Assembly (NCBI GenBank): GCA_023336875.1 | Contig: JAMBLH010000087.1 | Span: 1 to 36,392, forward strand | Direction: 5' to 3' | Source: Actinomycetes bacterium | Lineage (GTDB): Bacteria > Actinomycetota > Acidimicrobiia > Spongiisociales > UBA5794 | DNA length: 36,392 nucleotides | In this document: in pieces, positions 18,110-25,791 of the stretch | Numbering within the stretch: the stretch's first letter is position 1 | Layout of the letters: each line of letters opens with the position of its first letter | Made by a program: the position numbers and the translations under genes | The notes under the pieces: generated by a model | What the model saw: the letters and a program-made list of their open reading frames with translations, nothing else | The model's database searches: none | Told to the model about the DNA's origin: nothing

Positions 18110-19756
18110 GTGAGCAGAGCAGATGAAACCGCACTCTATTGCGCCGATCTCGTGGCAGGGATCGCTGATGCTGGCGTTGCTATCGCATTCATCTCACCTG
18201 GCTCACGCAACACCCCTCTGACGCTTGCGTTCGCAGCTGAACCACGAATCAGGGATGTCTCGGTCCGCGATGAGAGATCCGCTGGTTTCATGGCTGTGGG
18301 ATACGGAAAATCCACTGGCACGCCAGCGGCGGTCGTGTGCACATCTGGGTCAGCAGGAACCCACTACTTCCCTTCAGTCGTAGAAGCGGATCAGGCGGCG
18401 GTGCCGATGATCGTGCTGACTGCCGATCGCCCCGCCAGTGTTCGGGGGACGGGTGCGCCCCAGACAACGAACCAGCTGGATCTCTACGGTTCGCACGTCA
18501 AGACCTTCACCGATCTGGCGGTCGGCAGCGATTCGGGTCGCGTCGACGGCCATTGCATCGTCGAGTCGTCTCTTTCGGTGCCACCAGGGCCTGTCCATGG
18601 GAACGCCTCATTCGATGAGCCGCTCGTACCGAAATCTCCCGTAGCTCCATCGGAACCGTTCGAGATGGTTGCCCACGAATCGTCAGAAGAGCTATCTGGC
18701 GACGCACTCGATCGGCTCGTCGGAAAGAAGGTGCTCATCGTTGCGGGAGGCAGGCAGCGCCCCGGCTTCGCGAGTGCGCTGAACCGCGTTGCACACTCGC
18801 TGGGTGCACCGGTGATCGCTGATCCACAGTGTTGGGTGACAGGTGACAACACCATTGCACATGGTGACCTTCTCGCCACAGGTCGCCAGGCCTTCGAAGT
18901 CCACAGTCCAGATATCGTGCTCCGACTCGGGCCACTGCCAACATCGAAGCCGATCTGGAGTTGGCTCGAACACTCGGATGTTGAACAGATCCTGGTCGAC
19001 CGGTCACGTTTCACTGATCCCCTTGGAAGCGCCGCGACGGCTATCGCCGCTGATCCGACGTCCTTTCTCCAAGCGGCTGACCCCGACCAGTCCAGTGCTC
19101 TCTATTTCCTTGAAGTGTGGCGCTCAATGGATCGGGCGGTGGGCACGGCATCCGAAGAGGCGATGCGTGGTCTGCCGTTCCCGAATGAACCCGAGATCGC
19201 GCGTGCGCTCGTGTCCAACGTTCCAAACGGGAGCACCGTCTACGTCGGTTCCTCCATGCCAATACGCGATGTGGACACCTTTGCGGTGCCGCGCTCCGAC
19301 ATCCGCGTTCTCGCGAACAGGGGCGTCAATGGAATCGATGGAACGATCTCATCGGCGATTGGATCCGCGCTGTCTGGCGAACAGGTCACCCTGCTCCTCG
19401 GCGATGTTGCCGCGCTCCATGACGCGACTGCTCTTGCAGAGGCCCAGCTGCTCGGAGTCCCGCTGCGAATAGTCGTCGTGAACAACGACGGCGGCGGCAT
19501 CTTCTCTTTCCTTCCCCAGGCACGTTCAGACGTCGTGGGTCACGACATATTTGAACAGCACTGGGGAACACCCCACGGACTCTCCCTCTCCGCGATCGCG
19601 AACAGCTTCGGGCTTGCCTCATCGGTGGTGGTCACGCTTGAGGATTTCGCCGCAATCGTGTCAGAGCCCATTGCCGGGCCACAGCTGATCGAACTTGTCA
19701 CAAACCGCGATACCAACGTGGCGATCCATCATTCGATTCGCGAATCCATCAAATAG
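18110..19756 (+). CDS. menD: 2-succinyl-5-enolpyruvyl-6-hydroxy-3-cyclohexene-1-carboxylate (SEPHCHC) synthase
   Basis: 548-aa ThDP enzyme. Pattern is SPGSRNTPLTLAF...DERSAGFMAVGYGK...CTSGSAGTHYFPSVVEA. The ThDP motif is GDVAALHD...VVVNNDGGGIF. Confidence 0.92.
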   Translation: MSRADETALYCADLVAGIADAGVAIAFISPGSRNTPLTLAFAAEPRIRDVSVRDERSAGFMAVGYGKSTGTPAAVVCTSGSAGTHYFPSVVEADQAAVPMIVLTADRPASVRGTGAPQTTNQLDLYGSHVKTFTDLAVGSDSGRVDGHCIVESSLSVPPGPVHGNASFDEPLVPKSPVAPSEPFEMVAHESSEELSGDALDRLVGKKVLIVAGGRQRPGFASALNRVAHSLGAPVIADPQCWVTGDNTIAHGDLLATGRQAFEVHSPDIVLRLGPLPTSKPIWSWLEHSDVEQILVDRSRFTDPLGSAATAIAADPTSFLQAADPDQSSALYFLEVWRSMDRAVGTASEEAMRGLPFPNEPEIARALVSNVPNGSTVYVGSSMPIRDVDTFAVPRSDIRVLANRGVNGIDGTISSAIGSALSGEQVTLLLGDVAALHDATALAEAQLLGVPLRIVVVNNDGGGIFSFLPQARSDVVGHDIFEQHWGTPHGLSLSAIANSFGLASSVVVTLEDFAAIVSEPIAGPQLIELVTNRDTNVAIHHSIRESIK

Positions 19757-19758
19757 AG

Positions 19759-21075
19759 TTAGTTCGCTGTCAGAAGGTCCATAAGTGGACGGAGCTTGAG
19801 GCGTGTTTCCACAAGTTCAGCGTTCGGCTCCGAATCCGCGACAATGCCTGCGCCTGCGAATACATGAGTCGTATCGCCTCGGATCAGGCCGCAGCGCAAG
19901 CCAATGCAGATTGCGCCATCGCCTGCTCCGTTTACCCAACCCACACCGCCCGTATACCACCCTCGGTCGATGACCTCGTGCTCCTTGATATACCGAACAG
20001 CCGTTTCTCGCGCAACGCCTCCAACGGCGGGGGTTGGATGGCTCGCCTCGATCACATCGAGAACACCGATTCCCGGCGCGAGCTCACCCTCGATCTCTGT
20101 TGAGAGATGCTGCACTGTCGCCATCTTCTTCAGCGAGGGCGTGGAGGGGACGCCGAGGCTCACGGTGAGAGGTGAGAGTCTCTGGACAAGATCATCGACA
20201 ACGAGTGCGTGCTCCTCTCGATCCTTGGAGGAGTCAATGAGACGCTGGCCAAGAAGGCTGTCCTCGTCCTCACCCTCGCCACGCGGTGCCGATCCGGCGA
20301 GCGGATTCGAGTGCAGTTGATTTCCTCTGACGTCGGCAAGGAGCTCTGGACTCGCCCCCATGAATACCGCGTCGCCCGACTTCCACGCAAAGCTGTAGCA
20401 CTGTGGATATGTGGTGGCGAGCGCCCGAAATACTCGGAGTATCGCTACAGGCTCGCTCGAGCGCACCACAACCGAACGCGAGAGAACAACCTTTTCGAAG
20501 TCTCCCCTGCCGATCGCTCCAACTGCCTCGGACACGCAGTCAGCCCACTCCGTTGCAGACGGGTGGGACTCGATGGAGTGATCACCGAGATCAACAACAG
20601 ACCTCCATTTCGGGTGCCTGAGAGAACCAAGGAGGGCCATGGTCGGGTCAGTGGAATCCGTGGCAGGGATGATCACCGTGAGCCTTCTGCTACCACCGAA
20701 TTGTTCGATCGTGATTCGAGGCAGAAACACCTCCGCGGGGTCATATCCATCCCAGATGTCCGACGTTGCACCGTCTGACAGAAATGAGAACCCCACGAAG
20801 GCCTTGAGATCCTGCTTCCCAACGGATGTAAGTGCCTCCTGGATCTCGTTGAAGCGGCCCGGACCGGACGCCGATGCACGCCACGCCGTCCCGAGCCCTA
20901 CCAGTTGATCACCATTCGGCATTGAGTAGGCCACGGCCCTGTCGACAAGTGTTGCTCCAGTGCGTGCAAAATCGAATGGGTCGAAGTCGATTCCGATTGA
21001 TGCAACACGACATCCGGATTGCGAGTCGAGCTGTCGATTGAGTTCGGAGATCTCGTTGGCGGTGAGCAGACGCAT
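19759..21075 (-). CDS. menF: isochorismate synthase
   Basis: 438 aa. The chorismate-binding C-terminal motifs are LHPTPAVGG-like (SHPTPAVGGV), GWYTGGVGW and AGAGIVADSEPNAELVETRLK. It sits in a men context. Confidence 0.88.
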   Translation of the reverse strand: MRLLTANEISELNRQLDSQSGCRVASIGIDFDPFDFARTGATLVDRAVAYSMPNGDQLVGLGTAWRASASGPGRFNEIQEALTSVGKQDLKAFVGFSFLSDGATSDIWDGYDPAEVFLPRITIEQFGGSRRLTVIIPATDSTDPTMALLGSLRHPKWRSVVDLGDHSIESHPSATEWADCVSEAVGAIGRGDFEKVVLSRSVVVRSSEPVAILRVFRALATTYPQCYSFAWKSGDAVFMGASPELLADVRGNQLHSNPLAGSAPRGEGEDEDSLLGQRLIDSSKDREEHALVVDDLVQRLSPLTVSLGVPSTPSLKKMATVQHLSTEIEGELAPGIGVLDVIEASHPTPAVGGVARETAVRYIKEHEVIDRGWYTGGVGWVNGAGDGAICIGLRCGLIRGDTTHVFAGAGIVADSEPNAELVETRLKLRPLMDLLTAN

Positions 21076-21103
21076 CGGCTGGATGGTAGATGCGGTTCAC
21101 CGC

Positions 21104-21913
21104 TCAGATGGTTCCGATCGCACGATCAATGACCCGAGCCAGTCCCCGCGGAGCCTCCATTGGCACGAGATGGCCGACGCCTTCGACAACGACGAGACCG
21201 GCTTGTCGGAATCGTGAGACCAGAGAGCCGAGGAAAGGCTCCTGATGCGAAGTCGAGAACTCTCCTGCAACCAACGTGACCGGTACGTCGAGCGAGTCCA
21301 CGAGGTCCCACGTATCGTGATTGGAACCCTCCGCGTAATAGTCAGCCTCAACGGCGGGTGCGCACTTCAGCTCGAATCCGTCTGCGGACTCCCTGAATCC
21401 ACCATCGAGATACGCATCAAGCGATCGTTCGGTCCAGGCGGAGAACGGTCCGTTGCTGAAGCGCTCCTTCGCTGCTTGCCTCGACTCGAATACGCTTCGC
21501 CGCCTCCTCGCAACCGCTGACATTGGCCCATCGAGCCGTCTTGCTGGCGTGGGGAAGATGATTGGCTCGATCAGGACCAGATGTCTGAATGTCCCCGGTC
21601 GGGCCGCCTCGGCTCGCACGAGTGCTGCACCGCCACAGGAGTGACCCACGCCAACCAACGCCGTTCGCCCGTCGACCGCGGTCAGCACATCTCCACCCAG
21701 GTGATCCCAGTGATAGGGGAACTCTCCCTGCGCACTGTCCCCGTGACCCCTCAAATCCATCGAAATCCACGGGAACGGGTCTGTGGCCATGGCGTCGATG
21801 ACGGGACCCCACACCTCTTTGCAGAAACCGGTTGCGTGGACAAAAAGCGCCTCGGGATCACCGCTCCCCCCGGAGGCGGTCGCTATCGGAGGCGCATCTG
21901 TGCCGTCAGTCAC
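21104..21913 (-). CDS. alpha/beta hydrolase, candidate SHCHC synthase
   Basis: The track ORF extends to 22093 through the upstream CBS gene. I prefer GTG 21913, which overlaps the CBS stop by 8 nt (GTGACTGA) and gives 269 aa. The nucleophile elbow is GVGHSCGG and a C-terminal His lies in GVGHLVPME. The MenH role is only suggested by adjacency to menF; my confidence in that role is about 0.35. Confidence 0.7.
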   Translation of the reverse strand: MTDGTDAPPIATASGGSGDPEALFVHATGFCKEVWGPVIDAMATDPFPWISMDLRGHGDSAQGEFPYHWDHLGGDVLTAVDGRTALVGVGHSCGGAALVRAEAARPGTFRHLVLIEPIIFPTPARRLDGPMSAVARRRRSVFESRQAAKERFSNGPFSAWTERSLDAYLDGGFRESADGFELKCAPAVEADYYAEGSNHDTWDLVDSLDVPVTLVAGEFSTSHQEPFLGSLVSRFRQAGLVVVEGVGHLVPMEAPRGLARVIDRAIGTI

Positions 21914-22526
21914 TAACGGGTTCGACTCCCCCTGTGTCGTCAAGACGCCACGTGAGGTCGTTCTGCACATCAACCACGCCGTCAAGACGTCGTGCAAGTT
22001 CTTCCACGAGGCGGGCTTCTGTTCTCGTTCCGATGCTTCCAACGAATCGTACGATTCCGTTTGCGACAGAAACGTCAACGGTTGCCGGATCAACGAAGAG
22101 AACTCGCCTGATCAGATCCTCCCTGATCTCATCCTCTATGAGATCGTCCGGGCGGGTGAACGCCGCAACGATGTCAAACCTTGACAGGACGCCAACCATC
22201 TTTGCGTCCTCAACCACAACGACACGTTTCACGTCGTGACTCTGCATGAATCGAGCGGCCTCAAGTACCTCCAGGTCCGCTGGCACGCTCAGGACTGAGT
22301 GAGACATCACATCTCGCACCAACTCGGGAACAATGCCGGACTCGGAACGCTCCACTTCGAGAGCGAGGAAGTCACCCTCGGTGATGATGCCAAGCACGTG
22401 GTCATCTGAATCAACAACGGGCAGGCCCGACACGCGGTATCGGAACATCATCCGAGCGGCATCTCTGACCGACGTGGTCTGCCCAACAGCTACTACATCA
22501 GTTGTCATCAGATCTCTGACGTGCAT
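21906..22526 (-). CDS. CBS-pair plus BON domain protein
   Basis: 206 aa. It has two CBS repeats (VRDLMTTDVVAV...GLPVVD; VRDVMSHSVLSV...VVVVED) followed by a BON-like C-terminus (VDVSVANGIVRFVGSIGTRTEARLVEELARRLDGVVDVQNDL). GGGAG SD precedes the ATG. Confidence 0.8.
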   Translation of the reverse strand: MHVRDLMTTDVVAVGQTTSVRDAARMMFRYRVSGLPVVDSDDHVLGIITEGDFLALEVERSESGIVPELVRDVMSHSVLSVPADLEVLEAARFMQSHDVKRVVVVEDAKMVGVLSRFDIVAAFTRPDDLIEDEIREDLIRRVLFVDPATVDVSVANGIVRFVGSIGTRTEARLVEELARRLDGVVDVQNDLTWRLDDTGGVEPVSD

Positions 22527-22535
22527 GTCAGCTCC

Positions 22536-25301
22536 CTATATCTTCGACGGAAGGTGTGTTCTGGACGGCATCCATGTCCCATCTGTCGGCCTCACTTTGA
22601 TCCGTGCGTCCACGATACGCACACCTGAGCCCGGTGTGCCGACCTTCACCGGGTTTAGATCCATCTCAATGATCTCGGGAAGGTCCTCGATGAGTGCAGA
22701 TACGCGCAGCAGAGTGTCGATGACAGCATCGATGTCGCCTGGCTCTCCGCCCCTGTAGCCCTCGAGCAACTTCGCCGACTTCACTTCCCGGATCATCTCG
22801 GACGCAACAAGGTCGGTGAGGGGATGGATCCTGAACACGACGTCACCGATCAGTTCGACGAACACGCCGCCCAATCCGAAGACTATGAGCGGCCCGAAGG
22901 TTGGATCCTCCACCATCCCGATCAGGACTTCGTGGCCACCCGATACGAATTCCTGAACGAGCACTCCCTCAGGATCAGGGACCGCTCCTGTCACCTGCTC
23001 GTAGGCGGCCTCGATAGCCCCGGGTCCTGAAATGTCCAGGGCAACGCCGCCCACGTCCGACTTGTGGACAGCTGAGGGCGAGATCACCTTGAGAACGATC
23101 GGACCGCCAAGCTCTTCCCCGAATGCGACCGCATCCTCGATGTTCGTCACAACTTGTGCCCTTGGAATAGCAATGCCATAGGCCTCAAGCAGAGTGTCAA
23201 CCGCGTCGGGATCGAGCCAGATTCCTTCATCATCGATCCCGTCATCGGTGCGGCCAAAGACCGCATCAATGACATAGCGGGCACCTGCCGCATCGATGTC
23301 GTCGAACTCGATGAACTTGCCCTCGGGGCGAGCAAGCCATTCAGCGTATGTTGTTGCTTTTCGCAGTGCCTTCGCTGCCCGCTCGGGGAATGCGAATGTG
23401 GGGAACCCGACATCTGGGCTCGAGAGCTCTGTAGGTGCTCCCCCTGATTGCATGTACACGCATAGGAAGGTCTTGTCGTCAGGCGAAGCCTCCCCAGCCT
23501 CGCGTATTGCTGTGGCGGTAGCTGAGACACCGACATCTGAAGCTGGTATGAACAGTGTGATGAGGGCATCGACCTCATCGCTCAGGAGGAGGACGTCAAT
23601 AGCCTGTCGGTACTGGTCAGGGCCCGCGGCAGCGATCATGTCCACCGGGTTGGCCACCGCAGCCTCATCTGAAAGGAACCCTCGGAGTTCGGCTTGCAAC
23701 GCCTGGGAGAACTCAGGGACCCTCAGGCCCTGGGAGACGAGGGCATCCACCGCGAGAATCGCAGGTCCGCCAGCATTGGTGACCACAGCCACCCGATCAC
23801 CCTGTGGAACAGGCTGGTTCGCCAGCAGTGCCGTGACATCGAACAATTCCTCGAGGGTCGACACCCTTATGACACCGGACTGACGGAACAGCGCGTCGAC
23901 CGCAACATCGAGGCTCGCGAGTGACCCGGTATGGCTCGATGCTGCCCTGGCGCCCGCCATCGTCCTTCCCGATTTCACTGCAACGATCGGCTTCTTCTTT
24001 GCAATGCGACGGGCAATACGCGAGAACCGGCGGGGATTGCCAAAGGATTCGAGATAGAGGAGGATCACATCTGTGTTCGGATCGCCCTCCCAGAACAGGA
24101 GAAGATCGTCACCGGCCACGTCTGCTTTGTTGCCAACAGAGACGAATGTGGAGATTCCAATGTTGAGATGCGTGGCGTAGTCGAGGATTGCGAGACCAAG
24201 CGCGCCACTCTGGGATGACATCGAGACGTTCCCTGGTCTTGGCATTATCGGGCCGAACTGGCCGTCAAGACTCACCGCTGGATCCGTGTTCTGGAGACCC
24301 ATGCAATTGGGTCCAACCATCCGCATGCCAGCATCGCGAACGATGTTGAGGAGTTCACGCTCCATCTCTGACCCGGCTTCACCTGTCTCGGAGAAGCCAG
24401 CTGAGATCACCACAACACCTCTTACGCCTTTCTCAGCGCATTCGCGCACCACGTCGTTCACATACAGACTTGGTACAACAATGAAGGCCAGATCGACGGA
24501 GCCGGGAATGTCGAGCACAGACGCGTAGCTGTGAATCGACCGCACAACAGCCGCCTTTGGATTCACGGGATAGACAGGACCGTTGTAATCGGCGTTAATG
24601 ATGTTGTTGAATAGCCGACCCCCGATCGACTCCTTGTTGCGGCTGGCACCAATGACGGCGATGGAGGTTGGGTAGAACAACGGCATGACTGAGGCAGCAA
24701 TGGCGATCTGCTCTGCCCGACCCTCTGCCTCGAGTACGGCGTCCGATTGCTCCGTATCGATCTCAACGGTGTAGACGCCCTGATCCACATCGCGGTGCAT
24801 CGAGAAGCCTGCGTTCCTGAACACACGCATCATTGCATGGTTGTCCGCGAGAACGAATGCTCTGAAGCCCTTGATGTCGTGTGCCCTTGCGTAGGCGGCG
24901 ATTCGGTACACGAGCAGAGTTCCGATGCCCTTGCCCTGCATATCATCTGCGACCGTGAATGCGGCCTCAGCGAATCCGTCGGGACAGTCATCGGAGTTGT
25001 ATCGGCCGATGCCGACAAGGTTCCCGTCGACGATTGCGACGAATGCCATCTGTACGTCGTAGTCGAGCTGGGTGAACTGTTCGAGTTCCTTTGGTTCGAG
25101 TTGCTTCTTGACTCTGAAGAACCGGAAGTAGCTGCTCTCCGTCGACATGTTCTTGACAAATGCCTGGAGAGCGGGCGCGTCCGAGGGGACGATCGGCCGG
25201 AGTCGTACAGTGCCACCGTCCTTCAACACGGCGTTCTGTTCCCATTCGTGTGGATAGTCAGTTGGCGGGTCAGAGATGGTTGCTGGAGTGGTCACGGTCA
25301 T
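22536..25301 (-). CDS. Pat-type protein acetyltransferase: N-terminal GNAT fused to an ADP-forming acyl-CoA synthetase-like module (CoA-binding, ligase-CoA, ATP-grasp)
   Basis: The GNAT motif is MQGKGIGTLL. The CoA-binding region is SIAVIGASRNKESIGG, followed by MVGPNCMG, AASSHTGSLAS and an ATP-grasp C-terminus. The track start is GTG 25385. I prefer ATG 25301, preceded by AAGAGG about 12 nt upstream. Either start is possible. Confidence 0.85.
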   Translation of the reverse strand: MTVTTPATISDPPTDYPHEWEQNAVLKDGGTVRLRPIVPSDAPALQAFVKNMSTESSYFRFFRVKKQLEPKELEQFTQLDYDVQMAFVAIVDGNLVGIGRYNSDDCPDGFAEAAFTVADDMQGKGIGTLLVYRIAAYARAHDIKGFRAFVLADNHAMMRVFRNAGFSMHRDVDQGVYTVEIDTEQSDAVLEAEGRAEQIAIAASVMPLFYPTSIAVIGASRNKESIGGRLFNNIINADYNGPVYPVNPKAAVVRSIHSYASVLDIPGSVDLAFIVVPSLYVNDVVRECAEKGVRGVVVISAGFSETGEAGSEMERELLNIVRDAGMRMVGPNCMGLQNTDPAVSLDGQFGPIMPRPGNVSMSSQSGALGLAILDYATHLNIGISTFVSVGNKADVAGDDLLLFWEGDPNTDVILLYLESFGNPRRFSRIARRIAKKKPIVAVKSGRTMAGARAASSHTGSLASLDVAVDALFRQSGVIRVSTLEELFDVTALLANQPVPQGDRVAVVTNAGGPAILAVDALVSQGLRVPEFSQALQAELRGFLSDEAAVANPVDMIAAAGPDQYRQAIDVLLLSDEVDALITLFIPASDVGVSATATAIREAGEASPDDKTFLCVYMQSGGAPTELSSPDVGFPTFAFPERAAKALRKATTYAEWLARPEGKFIEFDDIDAAGARYVIDAVFGRTDDGIDDEGIWLDPDAVDTLLEAYGIAIPRAQVVTNIEDAVAFGEELGGPIVLKVISPSAVHKSDVGGVALDISGPGAIEAAYEQVTGAVPDPEGVLVQEFVSGGHEVLIGMVEDPTFGPLIVFGLGGVFVELIGDVVFRIHPLTDLVASEMIREVKSAKLLEGYRGGEPGDIDAVIDTLLRVSALIEDLPEIIEMDLNPVKVGTPGSGVRIVDARIKVRPTDGTWMPSRTHLPSKI

Positions 25302-25408
25302 TGGATGCTCATACCTCTTGATGTTGTTGCATCCAATTGTGGCAGGTCGCTTGCGCTCTGAATCCTCACTCGCACCGATCGACACAGTTCGACGCCGGGC
25401 ATCTCACA

Positions 25409-25436
25409 TAGACAAGCGTCGATAGATTGCTAGAAT
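25409..25436 (+). promoter_or_regulatory. candidate sigma-A type promoter (TAGACA-16 nt-TAGAAT) giving a leaderless arsR-family transcript
   Basis: The -10-like TAGAAT (25431-25436) ends 6 nt before ATG 25443, and there is no SD in between. The -35-like TAGACA lies at 25409-25414. Confidence 0.4.
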
Positions 25437-25442
25437 CACTGC

Positions 25443-25766
25443 ATGGATGTTTGCTGTGAACCGGTGTGTTGCGCACCCCTATCTGAAATTGACGCTGATG
25501 TGATGGCGTCACGGCTCAAGGCCCTCGCAGATCCAACGAGACTCCGACTTTTCAGCCTCATTGCCTCGACTCCCAGGGCCTGTGCGTGTGATTTGACTGA
25601 GCCGCTCGGCGTGAGCCAGCCAACCGTGAGCCACCACCTCAAGGTCCTGACGAACGCAGGATTGCTGAAGAGGGAGCAGCATGGGCGTTGGGCCTACTTC
25701 TCGGTGTCATCCGATGCGCTTGGAGAGCTCAGCGGCTTCCTCGATCCCATGGCCGCACGCGTCTGA
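25443..25766 (+). CDS. ArsR/SmtB family metalloregulator with Cys-rich N-terminus
   Basis: 107 aa. The wHTH pattern is LADPTRLRLFSLI...CACDLTEPLGVSQPTVSHHLKVLTNAGLL. The N-terminal extension is MDVCCEPVCC. Confidence 0.85.
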   Translation: MDVCCEPVCCAPLSEIDADVMASRLKALADPTRLRLFSLIASTPRACACDLTEPLGVSQPTVSHHLKVLTNAGLLKREQHGRWAYFSVSSDALGELSGFLDPMAARV

Positions 25767-25791
25767 CAGGCGTTGCGCCTCGACTCGCGGA

